A DNA stretch of 64,000 nt from Camelus dromedarius (GCF_036321535.1 NC_087472.1:101992001-102056000), one strand, 5' to 3'; numbered from the stretch's first letter, positions 25,150-39,731 are shown. Notes: a model not told the origin generated them from the letters alone. Made by a program: numbers and translations.

Positions 25150-25590
25150 AAGTCCTGCCTTCCCTGTGTGCTCATTGAGAGGTAGAGAGCCTATTTCTTC
25201 TCCCCTTGAATTGCTGTCCCTTGTCCAATAGAGAACTTCTTTCCTTGGAGTATTCCCTTTTGGGACTCAGCTACAGTGTTGTGAGAAGTCCAAGCAAAAT
25301 AGAGACGCTACATGGAGGGGAACCAAGGAACTCTGCTTAACTGCCCACTGGAGCTTTCTGCCAAAAGCCTACATCAACTGCCAACCATGTGAGCAAGCCA
25401 TGTTGGACATCCTGGTCCAATCAGCCCCCAGAAGACTGCTGCCCCAGCTGACATCAGGAGCAGAAGAGCCATCCAGTTTAGCTCAATCAACCCACTGAAT
25501 CACGTGAAATAATAAGATGGTTGGTATTTTAAGCCATTAAATTTTTTAGTGGTTTGGGTACAGTAGATGGTTTAAACAGGGATACAAAAA
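25150..25590 (+). mobile_element. MaLR LTR (MLT1 family)
   Basis: catcaactgccaaccatgtgagcaagccatgttggaca...aataataagatggttggtattttaagccattaa. Confidence 0.75.
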
Positions 25591-26464
25591 GTAATCTGGG
25601 AACTATGATAAGTAAGTGAGGGATGACCAAAGAGCCTTATGTTTCTTTTGTCACTGACATCATTAGTGCTAAAAGCTTAATGAGCTAAAACTTTTTGTTC
25701 CTCCCTGAACAACCAGAAGAATGAACTGCCTTGGAAAGTGTGCCTTCTCCTCAGAGTCTCTGCACTGAGTCACATTACAATAATGACTTATTTTCTGCTT
25801 CAGGGAACATTTTTTGCACATAGGCAAGACACAGAGCTCCAAACCCAGATCTGACGAGGAGGTCCTCCAGCTGAACTGTTGTTTCAGGCTGGATCTTAGA
25901 AACTGTCTCCACTCTGGAGGTGCCTTCATCTAAAACCATGACCCAGACCCCTGAGAATTAGGACTGCTTCATCCTTCACGTATGAGTCCCTTCCCCTTTG
26001 AAGGAGACACTCTGAGTGGGTTTTCATGTTAATATGAGAGAAGCTTGAAGATGCAAATGAACTGAGTAACCATGACAACAAAGGGAAGGAAACAAACCAA
26101 TTATGCCTATGCAAATTCCATCCTGAACCATCAAAGTGAGAGAGAACCCAGCTGTCACCAATAATGCCTAATGGCAGATGACAAATACAGAGTGAGGGCT
26201 AGCAGCACCCTGGGGGCAGCTGTGGTAGAGGGGGAAGCTAGGCCTTCACGAATCACTGCTATATGTTCATGTTCACAATGGTGGTATGTCTGTGGCATGG
26301 GTGTGCATGTGTGTGTGTTTATTGAGCACCTATATACCAGTGACTTTCAGATAAGGCATGTTGTATTTCACTTAATTATCAGTTTAGGCCTTCCTGGACT
26401 TCAGCATCTTAGACAGTTCCACTGAAGCCCTTAACTCATCGTACTTCAATTGGCATGGGGGTAG

Positions 26465-26600
26465 AGCAGTCCTTCTCCAATTGTAATGGGCATATGAATC
26501 CCCTGAGCATCTTGTTCAATTCTAGATTTGGATTCAGTAGGTCTAGGGTGTGCCCAACATTCTGCACTTCTAACAAGCTCCTCCAAGAACCACACCTTAA
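26465..26600. mobile_element. MER5-like MITE
   Basis: gattcagtaggtctagggtgtgcccaacattctgcacttctaacaagctc. Confidence 0.7.
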
Positions 26601-26619
26601 GAAGGGAAGGTGCAAGTTT

Positions 26620-26825
26620 AAGAGTGTGGGTTCTGCATCCAGACCAGCTGGGTTCAAATCCTCCGAATCTCAGCTGTGTAACTTCTGACACACAAAACGG
26701 GGATGATAAAACTAACAAGGAATAATGTCTAAGGATTCTTGGGTGACTTAAATGAGTTTATGCATTTAAAATGCTTAAAGCAGTGACTGGCAAGTAGTCA
26801 ACACTCAATAAATATTAACTATTGT
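26620..26825 (+). mobile_element. MIR SINE
   Basis: ctgggttcaaatcc...ttaaatgagtt...gcttaaagcagtgactggcaagtagtcaacactcaataaat. Confidence 0.8.
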
Positions 26826-27562
26826 AATCTTCTTATGACTTACCCACTCATTGAACATTTTCTACCTACTGGGAATAATGTACTATGTGCTTTACCCTGA
26901 GTATAGGCATTACTTCTCACATCTCTGTGAGGAAACTGGTCCCACTTTACAAAGAAAAACAGAGGGTTAGGGAGGTCACAGAGCTAGCTGAAGTAGCATT
27001 TGAAGACAAGCTGTCTGATTCCAGAATCCACAACATCTATGCTGTGAGTGTCATGAGAAGAAACTATAACTATTCATGACTGTACCCTCAGGGAGCTAAC
27101 ACACAAAAAATAGTTGTTGAATCAATTACCTAATAGGTATTTTTTGCCCTAAATTTAGAAACAAGTAAACAAAAGTTCAAAAGAATTTTAAAACATGCCC
27201 ATTTACACCACAAATGGGAGAGCTGGGATTGAAACCCAGATCCCTTATCTATAAAGGCAGTGGACAATTCTCATCACAGAAATAGTATTGACTTTATCCA
27301 CTGTGAGAGATGGAAGTAGGTGAAGAAAACTGACTCAAAAACCACCAAGCCTTGCAAGGGCTGCTTGGCTTGTTTTGAGAATAAGTGACCAATGGAAAGC
27401 TAAAATCAATGCGTTTGCTCACATAGAACTTCTTTGCCAAAATTCCCCCTGCTCTGTTGGAGCCTCTAAAAGCTATCAGAATCCTTAACCCATGCTTCCT
27501 TACCCTTACAGTTAATGGGTTAATGGAAGCTTCTTTAATGGTCTGATATAATGTTTAGGGGG

Positions 27563-28028
27563 TATCTTAGTTTGGGTTCTCCCTAAGAATTCAGTGCAAG
27601 TGCAAGTATTCTATTTGGGAGGTTTAGGAAAGTGAACAGGAGAATGGAAAAGTGATTTGGAAGAGAAGGCATCCAAAAAGGAGTACATTATCTAGTCACC
27701 TACCCACAATAGGTAACTGGAAATCAATCCCATGAAGAGGCTCTGGGAAATGGTATAAAACACAGATCTCAAATTTATCTCACATGAGGGGAAAGGGAGC
27801 TGAGGTAATCATACCTCAACAGCCAAGATTCATTGGTTGAAAGCTTCTCTCAGGGGTGTTAATTTGTTGGCATTTCAAGCCTGCCACTCATAGGAGCATA
27901 GTGGCCCCTACTGTTCCAGAAAAAGCTGTCCAGCACAGAAATGTAGATGCTGCCATGTGGAAATCAGTGGGAGTGCTCTGAAAAGGCAGAGCTCAAGGGA
28001 TATGGACAGGGAGCCCATAGAATTTGCT
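27563..28028 (-). mobile_element. ERVL LTR (LTR33/LTR16-like)
   Basis: tatcttagtttgggttctccc...gtgcaagtattctatttgggagg. Confidence 0.65.
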
Positions 28029-28045
28029 AAAAAGGAGGTCCTTTC

Positions 28046-31000
28046 ATACAAGCTTATCTCAGGAAACAAGAAAAACCTCAAATAAACAACCTAAGCTTAC
28101 ACCTAAGCAACTAGAGAAAGAAGAACAAAATCCAAAGCTAGCAGAAGGAAAAAAATCATAAAGATCAGAAAAGAAATAAATAAGAGACTAAAAAACAATA
28201 GAAAAGATCAATGAAACAAATAAAAGCTGGTTCTTGAAAGGATAAACAAAACTGATAAAACTTCAGCCAAATTGATCAAAAAAAAAAAAAAAGGGAGAGC
28301 CCAAATCAACAAAATCAAAAACGAAAAAGAAGTTACAACCGACACCATAGAACTACAAAGGACCGTAAGAGACTATTATGAGGAACTAACTATATGCCAA
28401 TAAAATGGACAACCAAGAAGAAATGGATAGTCTTGGAAAGGTACAATCTCCCAAGACTGAACCAGGAAGAAACAGAAAATATGAACAGACAAATTACCAG
28501 TACTGAAATTGAATCAGTAATTTAAAAACTCCCAACAATCAAAAGTCCAGGACCAGACAGCTTCACAGGTGAATTCTACGAAACATTTAGAGAAAAGTTA
28601 ACACCTATCCTTTTCAAACTATTCCAAAAAATTGCACAGGAAGGAACACTTCTGAACTCATTCTATGAGGACACCATCACCCTGATATCAAAGCCAGAAA
28701 AGTTATCACAAAAAAAGAAAATTACAGGCCAGTATCACTGATGAACATAGATGCAAAAATCTTCAACAAAATGTTAGCAAACCAACTCCAACAATACATT
28801 AAAAGGATCATACACCATGATCAAGTGGGATTTATTCCAGGGATGCAAGGATTTTTCAATATCCACAAATCAATGTTATACACCATATTAACAAATTGAA
28901 GAATAAAAACCATATGATCAATCTCAATAGAGGCACAAAAAGCTTCTGATAAAATTCAACATCCATTTATGATGGAACATACCTCAGCATAATAAAGGCC
29001 ATATATGACAAACCCACAGCTAACATCATACTTAATAGTAAAAAGTTAAAAGCATTTCCTCTAAGATCAGAAACAAGACAAGGATGCCTACTCTCACCAC
29101 TTTTACTCAACATAGTTTTGGAAATCCTACCCAGAGCAATCAAAAGAAAAAGAAATAAAAAGAATCCAAATTGGAAAAGTAGTAATAAAACTGTCACCAT
29201 TTGCAGATGACATGATATTGTACATAGAAAATCCTAAAGACACTACCAGAAGGCTACTAGAGCTCATCAATTAATTCAGTAAAGTTGCAGGACACAAAAT
29301 TAATACACAGAAATCTGTTGCATTTCTATATACTAATAACAAAATATCAAAAAGAGAAATTAAGGAAACAATCCCATTTACCATTGCATCAAAAACAGTA
29401 AAATACCTAGGAATAAACCTACCTAAGGAGGCAAAAGACCTGTACTCAGAAAACTGTAAGACAATGATGAAAGAAACTGAAAATGACACAAACATATGGA
29501 ATGATATACCATGTTCTTGGATTGGAAGAATCAATACTGTTAAAATGACTGTATTACCTAAGGTAATCTACAGTCAATGCAATCTCTATCAAACTACCAA
29601 TGACATTTTTCACAGAACTAGAACAAAAAATGTCAAAAATCTGTATGGAAACACAAAAGACCCCATATTCAAAAAGCCCCCATTGGGCCCAAAACAATCT
29701 TGAGACAGAAGAACAAAGCTGGAGGAATCATGCTCCCTGACTTCAGACTGTACTACAAAGCTACAGTAATCAAAACAGCATGGTACTGGCACAAAACCAG
29801 ACACACAGATCAATGGAGCAGGATAGAAAGCCCAGAAATAAACCCATGCACTTATGGCCAATTACTCTACGACAAAGGAGGCAAGAATATACAATGAAGA
29901 AAAAACATTCTCTTCAATAAGTGGTGCTGGGAAAACTGGACAGCTACACATAAAAGAATGAAATTAGAGTATTCTCTAACACCATATACAAAAATAAACT
30001 CAAAATGGATTAAATACCTAAATGTAAGGCCAGATACTATAAAACTCCTAGAGGAAAACATAGGCAGAACACTCTGAAATAAATCACAGCAGTATTTTTT
30101 TGGATCCATCTCCTAGAGTAATGGAAATAAAAACAAAAATAAAGAAATGGGACCTAATTAAACTTAAAACCTTTTGCACAACAAAGGAAGCCATAAAAAA
30201 ATGAAAAGAGAACCTACAGAATGGGAGAAAATATTCACAAATGATGAAACTGACAAGGGACTAATTTCCAAAACATATAAGCAGCTCACACAGCTCAGTA
30301 TCAAAAAAAAAAAACAAAAAACAAACTCAATCAAAAAGTGGGCAGAAGATCTAAACAGACATTTCTCTGAAGAAGACATACAGATGGCCAACAGGTACAT
30401 GAAAAGATGCTCAACATAACTAATTATTGGAGAAATGCAAATCAAAACTACAATGAGATATCACTTCACACCAGTCAGAATGGCCATCATCAGAAAGTGT
30501 ACAAATTATAAATGCTGGAGAGGGTGTTGAGAAAAAGAACCCTCCTACACTGTTGGTGGGAATGTAAATTGGTGCAGCCACTATGGAGAACAGTAGGGAG
30601 GGTCATTAAAAAAACTAAAAAAAAGAGTTACCATATGATCCAGCAATCCCACTCCTGGGCATATATCCAGAGAAAATTCTAATTTGAAAAGATAGATGTA
30701 CCCCAACATTCATAGCAGCACTATTTACAATAGCCAGGACATGGAAGAAACCTAAATGTCCACTGACAGATGAATGGATAAAGAAAATGCGGTATGTATA
30801 TATAGGTATATATATACACACACATACAATGGAAGCCATAAAAAGGAATGAAATAATGCCATTGGCAGCAACATGGTTGAACACAGAGTTTATCATACTA
30901 AATGAAGTAAGTCAGACAGAAAGACAAATACATGATACCACTTTTATGTGGAATCTAAAAAAATGACACAAATGAACCCATTTACAAAACAGAAAGAGAC

Positions 31001-31269
31001 TCACAGACATAGAAAACAAACTTATGGTTACCAGCAGAGAATGGGGCAGAGAGGGATAAACTGGGGGTTTGGAATTGCCAGATACAAACTACTATGTACA
31101 GAATAAACAAAAAGGTCCTAATATATAGCACAGGGAACTAAATTCAATGGCTTGTAGTAACCTGTAATGAAAAATAATACATATGTATGTAGAACTGAAT
31201 CTCTATGCTGTACATCAGAAATGAATACAACATTGTAAATCAATTATACTTCAATTTAAAAATTTTTTT
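28046..31269 (+). mobile_element. 5'-truncated LINE-1 (decayed ORF2 RT region plus 3'UTR) with 17-bp TSD
   Basis: aaaaaggaggtcctttc at 28029-28045 and 31270-31286; FADDM motif (tttgcagatgacatg ~29200); ORFs [11 protein letters not shown] and [18 protein letters not shown]. Confidence 0.95.
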
Positions 31270-32995
31270 AAAAAGGAGGTCCTTTCGCTGCTTCCTACTA
31301 CAGGAGCTCACCAAGAGGGGAATTACGTGGGGGAAAACGACCTATTTGTCCAAATGGAGTTGCTGGGGAAAGGGTATACACATTCTATACATCAAGGCTG
31401 GGCATTTGATAGTTGTTTCCAAAGAGGGGTGCAGGAGACAACGGACCACACCTACTGGGTAGAGTGTTAATAAGCAGCCCAAGTCTGTACTCTTAACCCT
31501 GAATTCATTTCAATGCATTCTTGGAATTGGTTGTGGAAAAGGGAGTAAGATGCTCTGTACTTGGGGGATGGGGGATGGTAAGAGAAGGCTCAGAGGAGGC
31601 GTCCTGTATGTGTTATTGGATTTGTTCTTAATCCCAGAAGGAAAGAATACATATATTTTCTGAAATATCAGTGTTTTCCAGAATCAGTGAGGTCATGGAA
31701 ACCATAATCTTTGCCATGTGCTCTCACAGCCACAGTTATGCTAATTAAAGCAGGGGGCTCTGGTAAATAGAGTGAAATCAGACCCGAGTCAGGGCTGGAG
31801 GGGGATGGGAAAACATGTGGAGGCGTGAGCAGTTGCTTCTGCCTGCAAGGCTTATTTATGAGGCCAATTTGCCCCTGATCATCCTTTTATTTTCCAGACG
31901 CTGAGCCTTGGAAGCTCTGGAAAATTCCCTACAGGGTGTAGAAGAGCAGACAGCAAGACTCAGCATCGCTGTTGACCTGATCTGTCCTCACTATGACAAG
32001 AGGGAAATCATTCTAGAAGGATTTTAAAACTGGATTTGGGATCTAGAGGACTTCAGACGTTGTTGCTATTTTCACTCAGTCTCTTTAATAAAGGAGTCTG
32101 ACACTACTGTGGAATTACAGTAATGTGGACCTCACGAAGCCACAACAGCCATTCATCAGCACTTAGAGTTCGACTTCTAAAGGGAGACTTAAAATACTGA
32201 GTGTTGGAATCACCATACAACATTTATCCCAAAGACATCTAATTGCTCAGGGAAGGTAGGCCTGTTCTGTGTGTCTGTGCAACTCTGGCTCTTTCTTTCT
32301 GTCCCTTCTCCATCCTGCCATCCTTGGTTCTCCATATACAAAATGTCTGTCGGGCATAAAGTGGGTCTGTGTATATTTGCATAACGGCAGTCCTCTATAT
32401 AAAAATAAATCCTGAAGAGATCACTCCATTGTATATATGTGTGGGTATACATATGCCACTTCCATGGATTTATTTTTCCAAAAACAAATGTCTTAATGTT
32501 TCTCCTCCTTGAGAAAAATTACCAACTGCCAGATTCTCAAATTCCATGTGGAACTTTGCAATAACAGAGAAAATATATGTTAAAAGCCACAAAGAAATAA
32601 AATATAATGAGGACTCAGATTTTTGTTTGAAATGGCCCTGAATTTCTAAGACTTCACAAGTCAAGCAGAAGGCAATCCTTGGAATGGCTCTGTTCACCTC
32701 TACAGTAGCTGAACAATCTTTGGGACACTGGATAGTGATTAAGTAACCAAGGATCATTCTTTCCCTGAAGCAAAGAGAAGCTATGCCACAGGAACACTAC
32801 AGAACTGTGGGAAACACAGCTCTGGAAATAGACTATCCTGAGTTCAAATCCAAACTTTGCCATCCACTTGGGCAAGTTTCTGAGCCTCTTAGAATCTGTT
32901 TCCTCACCTAGAAAATGGGGGCTATTCACACTTAGATCTCAGGGTTACTGGGAAGATTAGCCATATTGTATGTGGAATACCTGGTACACAGCAGG

Positions 32996-33250
32996 TGTCA
33001 AGAACTGCAAAGGGTCTAAGATTCTACCCTGCTTGCAAATTAACAAGCTGGCCTGCCACAGTTTTATGGATGCTGGTAGAAGATACAGACTTGTGGGTCA
33101 GAGATGAACGACAGTTTCTTACAGCAGTAAGAGTAGCCAGATTATCAGCATTTTTCCATCAGTTTCCCAAGCCCCAGTTCCCATAGGGGGGGATGTGAAG
33201 GGGACCAGATGACACCGGCACATGCAAGTGGGTTCTATTATAGGAGAGTA
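32996..33250 (-). mobile_element. ERV1-type LTR end (MER90/MER110-like)
   Basis: tgtcaagaactgcaaagggtctaagattctaccctgcttgcaaattaacaagctggcctgccacagtt. Confidence 0.55.
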
Positions 33251-33446
33251 ACTGGGCCAGGGAGTGATGGATGAAGGATGTAGAGGGGGAGTGAGCCTTG
33301 AAGATACAGAGGAACACTCATTTTGGAAGAGGATGAAAAGGGGAAGAATGTGGATTAAGATCCCAATGAAATGAGAGGATGGACAGGCCATGGGTTGAAG
33401 GATGTCTAATGGCTTCTAGCCTTGCACTGAGAAAGGGAATAGACCC

Positions 33447-33972
33447 GTGAGGCACATGATATTTTCCAAAAATGGCCTTAACAGTATTTCCAGTTCTATA
33501 TGCTTTTCTAGAAATTTGCCATTCCTCCATCCAGAGGTGAAGTCTATTCTCCCTCCCCTTGAATCTGGATGGGCCTTTGTAACTGCCACAACATACAGAA
33601 TGCAGCAGAATGAATGTGTGACTCCCAAGACTAGATAAGAAAACCCACTTCTCTCTTGGACTGCTCATCCTTGAAACTGAGCCACCATATTAAGAGGAAG
33701 CCCAAGCTACACAGAGAGGTCATGTGCAGGTGTTCTGGCCAACAATCTCAGCTAAGGTCCCAGACACGTTAGTGAACAAACCTGAAGATGATTCTAGCCC
33801 CTGGCTGTCAGGTCACCCTCACCCTCTGAAGCCCCCACTTTGTAACAGAGAGAAACCATTCCTGCTGTGCCCTGTCTACATTCCTGACACACAGAATCCA
33901 CGAGCATAAGTGGTTGTTTTATGTCACTGAGTTTTGGGGTAATTTATTATGCAGCAACAGATGACCACAACA
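33447..33972 (+). mobile_element. MaLR LTR (MLT1 family)
   Basis: ttttccaaaaatggcc...ccctccccttgaatctggatgggcc...tggttgttttatgtcactgagttttggggtaatttattatgcagca. Confidence 0.8.
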
Positions 33973-34449
33973 ATAAACATGCTGGGGAGTGGAAAGACCT
34001 TTGTAAATAGAGCTGTGGGAGAACTGAGCCAGTGTCTTTTAAGGAGAATTAAAAACTTTCAGTGGAGTGAGACCCACCTGAGAAATGAGAAGAAATGAGA
34101 AGCACAGATTTTCAGGGGCAATAGATTCAATGTGCCAATTTCCTTGAGCCAAGCTCAGATCCCAGAAACAGTGGGTGGTCTTATCAGGCAGGCAGAGTGC
34201 AAGAAGGCCACCCTCCTCCACAGCATCTCCAACACATTATCCCAGCAGCACCGCTAACAATAATCCCAGACTCGCTGCCACACTTTCTCTTTCTGCCTAT
34301 CTATCTGCATTCTTCCTCTTTATTTCCTGCTTTAGCCACACTAACCAGTCACCCAGACAGGAAATGGACCCCTCTCTCTCCTTCATTCCCATGCAGTCAC
34401 CACAACTCTTTTGCCCTTTCTTCTTTGAATGAATTAAGTTTTAAAAAGT

Positions 34450-35612
34450 ATACTGGTATCAACAGTTAAAACTTATAAACTGGGGTGTGTAGAAATATAA
34501 CTATTTCTTGCTCTTGAGTTCCAATCTCCATCGATGGTACTGATTATAGACATCTCAGTTTCTTCTTGCTTTAACTGCTTTGTTTTTCAGAATTTTGCCT
34601 CCCTATCAAGGATTCCTCCTCTTTTTTTCTAATATGGTGACTAGGTGCATTTTCATGGTTGGGGTTAGGTGGCTTGGACCTCCTGCTCATCTCTGCGCAG
34701 TGGCGGGGGGTGGGGGTGACTTGGTCCACCTGATCACTTGGCATCCTGCCCAGGTCTCCACTGAGGGGTGGCTGGTCTTTGGTCATCGTGCTGGCACCCC
34801 CTGCTGTTGACGTGGCCCTTGCAGTTGCCTCCACTGCGAGGTCCCCCAATTCTGCAAGGTCCCCTCAGGCTTTCTTGAGTACATCTGCGCTCTCAATGCT
34901 TCCATGCCGAAGTCAGGGGCCCACGACCTCCCTCGTGCCTGGAGCGTGCAAACCTATGAGGCTGTTACTGCTTCCCTTCTTCCTCGCCCAGGAGGATGGA
35001 ATACAATGCTCGCGTATTGCAAGTTTCTGAGGTGCCTGTAATAATTCAGGATGTGCCCAGTGAGGTAGCTTCTCACCCTGATGCTTTCAGATTCTCCCAA
35101 GTCTATGAGGGTATTTCTACCACCCCTCACTGCTGCCCCCACGCCTATCTGGAGGGTGGGAAGGGTGGTGAGAAGGGGAGACATTTGCTTCTTCCAACTT
35201 CACCTCCCAGAACTGGAAGAGTGTTCCCTCTCCTGCGTGTGGGAGCTTCCCTTATGCTCTGTCCTCATCCTTCCTACTCTACGGCTTTTCCATGGTCAAG
35301 CCTCTAAGCTTTGGTTTTCTATTTTACAAGAGCCCAACTGTGGGAATCCTGAGAAAACCCTTTTCTTCCCCTTGTTAGTCTGGCTTTTAAGATTGTCCCA
35401 GTAAGGGCTTTCAGAAATCCAGTTGAAACATAAAGCTAAGCAATGATTCATTTGTCCTATGTTGTATCTGCCCCTCCCAGGGCATCTTATGACAAAATCT
35501 TAATGACAGAACAAGTGATTCTTTTTCTTTTTCTCTTTCTTTTTTAAATAAAACCTACCTACCAGTCAGGGAAAACCCATTTGGATAATATTTTAAAATA
35601 TTATCCTAATAT
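34450..35612 (-). mobile_element. Probable MamGypLTR-like (mammalian Gypsy) solo LTR
   Basis: Minus-strand start tattaggataatattttaaaatatta and end aagaaatagttatatttctacacaccccagttt resemble my recall of MamGypLTR termini; purine-rich interior. Confidence 0.45.
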
Positions 35613-35974
35613 GTCGGTTAAGTTGAAGAATAAAGTCATGAGAAGGTATGGCATATTGGCTTCTATTTTTAATTATATCTATTCTAAGAAAATGAAAATT
35701 GGTTTGCCAATAATTAAAATATTGAGTTATTTTTACTGCATTTTGCATAAACCCAAATTCAACTTAATTATCATTATCCATAGGGGAATTGTGAAGCCAG
35801 GGGGAGAACTCTTTAAATATTACCTCATATATACCAGGTACAACATTTTAAAAGTGTTTTCCCAGGAGAGAAGAAGCAAGACTATGAATTTAGAAGACAA
35901 AAATCTCATCATCAGTCATCATCTGACATATCCAGAACACCCACCGGAAGTCGCATTTGTGTTAATGACATTTA

Positions 35975-36142
35975 AAAAAAATTTTTATTGAAGTGTAGCT
36001 GACTTACAATGTTAGTTTCAGGTGTACAGCAAAGAGATTCTGTTATATATAACTATGTATATTTCCTCTTTTCAGATTCTTTTCTATTATGTTATTACAA
36101 GGTATTGAATATAGTTCCCTGTGTTATACAGTAGGCCCTTGT
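35975..36142 (-). mobile_element. Short L1 3'UTR insertion
   Basis: tttttattgaagtgtagctgacttacaatgttagtttcaggtgtacagca...agttccctgtgttatacagtagg. Confidence 0.85.
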
Positions 36143-36894
36143 GTATTGGATTTCCCCATGTGTACATGCCGTTACACTTTAAGGTTGAATTTTTTTTTAA
36201 CTTAGAAACACATATTTGGGAAAAGGTGAGCTTTGTGTGTGGATGAGATTAGAATGGGCAGGAGGTTCTGTTGGGCTATTTGAACACAGCCAGGAAAGGT
36301 CCCATCTCCAAATACTTTCCCCACAGAGGTGCCAAGGTGCTGAACATTTCACCATTAGACAGTTATTCCTCTAACTTAGGAATTACCCTAATCGTCCATT
36401 CTCTTTTAAAATTTTCTTATCAGCTTCACCAAACACTTAATGAACACTACATATAAGTCACTATATTAGAGCTCAAAGGTGAGTTGGGGATGGTAGGTGG
36501 GCAGAGAGGAGGGAGAAGCAACCAAGTGACTGATTAAGTCAGCAGCACCTTAGTGTGACAGTTTTTCCAGAGGTTTTCCTTCCTTTGAGAATCAGGCTTA
36601 ATGAGAGCCTTGGGTATCTGGAGAGAGAGCAAGAAGAAGAGAAGCAGACGATGGAGATTGTGGGGAGGAGAGGGAAGTTGCTAGAAACTATCATATTTCC
36701 TTGATTTAAGTTGTAATTCCTCCCTCCCTAATACCCACACACATTTTAATAATTTCTCAAGTCAGCATTTATCTTGCAATCTATAAATAGATTTAACAAG
36801 GCAGCACATTTCTTCTTTTTTCTTAAGTTATTAAATTGAGCTTGTTACTATAGTGCTTCTTATAATTCATGGCATGTAATACTTAAGAGATCAG

Positions 36895-37490
36895 TAATAT
36901 TTTTAATTGAAATTTTAATTGAGATCATTGTAGCCTTACATGACGTCATAAGATATAATACAGAGAGATCTGTGAACTCTTGATCCAGCTTCCCCCAATG
37001 GTAGCATTTTACAAAACTAGTATAATATCACAACTGGGACATCAACATTGATATAATCCACAGATCTTAATTGGATTCCCCCAGTTTTACTAGTACTTCT
37101 GCATGTGTGTCTGTGTACTTAGTTCTGTGCAATTTTATCACAAGTGTAGGTTCACGTATCCACCACCACAGTCAAGATACTGCAAAACCCTTCATGGTGC
37201 CCTTTTATAACCACACCCACATCTCTCTCACTTCCCCATCCTATCCCTAACCTCTGGCAATCAGTATTCTGTTCTCCATTTCTAAGATCCTGTCATTTCC
37301 AAAATGTTATGTAAATGGAATCATACATTACATAATCCTTTTAGGATTTTTTTTCTCTTGGCATAATACTCTGCAGATTTGTCTAAGTTTTGTGTGCATC
37401 AGTAGTTTCTCTCTACTGCTGGTTAGTTTTCCACTGTCTAACCATTCACCTGTTGAAAGACATCTGAGCTGTTTCTAATTTGGGGATATT
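36895..37490 (-). mobile_element. L1MB/MC-like 3' fragment
   Basis: ataatacagagagatctgtg...taacctctggcaatcagtattctgttctccatttct...aaatggaatcatac. Confidence 0.8.
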
Positions 37491-38469
37491 AGGTTAATAA
37501 TATTTATTGAGCACCTACTATATATGTTAGGCACTTTTGTCTGTTGTCCCAACTAATCTTTACCCCCTCAATCTTTGTAAGATGCATATTAGTATCTGCA
37601 TTTGTAATATATATTAAGAAATTGAGGCTCCATGATGCCAAATAACATGCCAAGGTCACACAAATGTTAAGTAGCACTGTCAGAATTCATACTCAGGTCT
37701 TCAACTGCTAAGCCCATGAGTGCCATTTGCTAGTTGATTTGATGGGTTTTCCCTTGGGCATCCCAGCTGGGGCTGGCCAAAATGAGCTTAGAGTGAGACC
37801 ACTTAGGGCTGTTGATGCAACCTCAGGTTTCTTCATTATTTTCCCACCACAAACCAGGAAAGGCCTGAGGAACTGAGCACTGAAATGCCTGGTAACTGAC
37901 CTGCTTGATGGACTTCTATTTTAGAGGAGCCTGAGCTTAGGCGGTCATCAACAAACCAAATACAAGGTGAAGGTGAGATTTGGTTTCCCCAATCTTGATA
38001 AAGATTGAACTGTTTATTGTGCTCTTTTCCCACTTTCTCTTCCAATTGACAAAGGTATCAAGGGAGTGGTAGTTAAGCTGACATACTGTCATTCTGAAAA
38101 CAAATGACTGGAAATGCCACGCCAGCTCAGAGAGTTCCAGAAAAAGCTTCAGAGCAGTGCATCTACCCAGGGGAGGGACACACTCTGCCTATCATAACTC
38201 CAGCACAGTCTCCTGAGGAACGCGTATGCCTGTCAATAATGAGCCAGCTCTCTGAGGGGAGAGGCTTCACAAAAATAGGCACATAGATGTTGTCCCCTTT
38301 TGGACTTCAAAGCTGGGGCAATTCCTAAGCCCTCAATCCTGCTGAAACTGCTTCCTCCACGAGCTCATCACCTACAATTGCCACTCCCACTACACACCCC
38401 TGAAACCAATCAGAAGTTCTGAAATCGTGGCAACAGTTTCAATCAGAAATTATGGCAACACTCCGGGCA

Positions 38470-39372
38470 CGTGTACATTTCAAGGAGGAAATTAAAACCA
38501 CAATGAGATACCACCACACACACACCACAATGGCTAAAACTAAAAACACCTACAATACCAAGCGTTGGCAAGATGCAAAGCAACAAGAGCTCTCATACAT
38601 TGCTAGTAGGAACACAAAATGGTACAAATGCTTTGGAAAACTGTTCTGCAATGTCTACTAAAGCTAAAATATGTATCTCTTAGAGCCCACCAATCAACTC
38701 CTTGGCATAAATTCAAGAGAAATAAATGCTTATGTCCACCAAAATACATGTACCAAAATGTTCATAGCAGATTTATTCATAATGGCCAAAAGTCCATTAA
38801 TGGGACAATGGATAAATAAGTACTGAATATTTGTACAATGGAATACTAAAGGACAAAAAAATTACAAATATCTACAACCTGGATGAAACTTACAGAGGCT
38901 GAACTCAAGAGTACATATCGTGTGATACCTTTTACGTGAAGTTCGAGAACAGGCAAAAGTAACTTATGAGATAAACAACAGGGGCCTACTGTATAACACA
39001 GGGAACCCCATTCAACACCTTATAATAGCCTATATTGAAAAAGAATATGAAAAGGAATATATATACACAACTGAATCCCTATGCTGGACACCAGAAATTA
39101 ACACAATGTTGTAAATTGACTATATACTTCAATTAAAAATAAACTAATCTATAGTGATAGAAGTCAGAATAGTGGTTACCTCTAGAGGGAATGGAGGATG
39201 GTTACTGACTCAAAAGGGGCATGGGGAACCATCTAGGGTGCTACATTTTCATCTGAGTGGTGGTTACTTGAGTACATACACAGGTAAAACTTCATCGAGC
39301 AAAACACAAGACTTGTACACTTTATGCCCTTTACTACATAAATGGCATTGCCAAAATTAAAACTTAAAAAAA
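38470..39372 (+). mobile_element. Old L1M 3' fragment interrupted by a younger L1 3'UTR piece (~38968-39140)
   Basis: attaaaaccacaatgagataccacc (IKTTMRYH); host resumes at aactaatctatagtgatagaagtcagaatagtggttacc. Confidence 0.8.
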
Positions 39373-39731
39373 ATACAACAGTTGCTCCTCATTCACCTCA
39401 GGGTACACTGGATCCTGTCCTCCTTCCTGTCCTCCTCCTCATCTATGGATCTGTTGGACACCAGGACATGTGACAGAGCCAGTTGACTGCTCCACCCAAT
39501 GGATTATTTGGGAAAGCCAAATTGATACAATAGTAGGCATAATTAGTGGGAGAGCAGATGAGAGATTGGCACAGCAGTCAGAGGCAGGATAAGCACTTCA
39601 CGCTAAAATGCCTCCAGAGGCTTTTCCTGTCTCTTATTAACAAAAGGGTGACTCACGCTGAGGCGGAGATGGAGGAATTACTTGAGCATGGATAATTTCC
39701 GCTCCCTTGGAAACCTGAACTGGGGAGACAG

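Noticed and set aside
31880..32095. Acceptor at 31897, kB-like ggaaaattccc (31919-31929) and AATAAA (~32087) as a terminal exon
   Set aside because: Each signal is short and common, with no coding or independent support
35581..35991. 136-aa AT-rich ORF
   Set aside because: Non-ATG start, I/K/Y-biased composition expected from AT-rich DNA, runs into an L1 tail
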